Positions 63,770 to 64,000 of a DNA stretch of 64,000 nt are shown in pieces. Where the stretch lies: NCBI RefSeq assembly GCF_018977255.1, contig NW_024704742.1, forward strand, positions 9,240,001-9,304,000, given 5' to 3'. The DNA comes from Callorhinchus milii. Its lineage: Eukaryota. The position numbers were made by a program, and so were the translations under genes. The stretch's first letter is position 1; every line of letters begins with the position of its first letter. The notes under the pieces were generated by a model. It was not told the DNA's origin. It was given only the letters and a program-made list of their open reading frames with translations, and ran no database searches.

Positions 63770-64000
63770 CTCACATTGGCGGGCGGGCCTTCAGCCTCTC
63801 TGTCCTCACCATCTGGAACTCCATCCCACAGCCACTCCGCCTCGTCCCTTCCCTTGCCTCCTTCAACACCTGTCTCAAGTACCCCTTCTTCAACCTTCGG
63901 TTACCCTCCCACTACCCTCCCCGCCCTCTACCCCTCTTGATCCCAACCACCAGCTCAGGTGCGAATCTCTGACTGTTCAGCACCTTGGGACGTCCTCCTG
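63770..64000 (+). mobile_element. L2 3' fragment running off the window
   Basis: [14 protein letters not shown] and the start of the hairpin. Confidence 0.85.

Overview
This is repeat-dense, gene-poor vertebrate DNA, either a large intron or an intergenic region. The repeat content points to a cartilaginous fish, probably a chimaera such as Callorhinchus; this is inferred from recalled repeat families, not a database search. No host exon could be supported. The only credible long CDS is the endonuclease/reverse-transcriptase ORF of a near full-length, young L2 LINE at about 45.24-48.96 kb. Other repeats: dozens of copies of a tRNA(Ala)-headed SINE with CORE-like, Deu-like and L2-type tail modules; older SacSINE1/AmnSINE1-like Deu-SINEs; many truncated L2 and CR1 fragments, often nested; and microsatellites. 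The most notable signal is two small non-coding elements (13224-13358 and 51831-52002). Each has an 11-12 bp target-site duplication, a 5' inverted segment and a minimal hammerhead-ribozyme motif, so they look like non-autonomous Penelope-like or retrozyme-like elements. Also of interest: a SINE subfamily whose 3' hairpin matches the active L2, an unclassified repeat with two mutually exclusive hairpins, and a Pbx-Hox/Meis/Maf motif cluster. Boundaries of degraded repeats are approximate, since all alignment was by eye.
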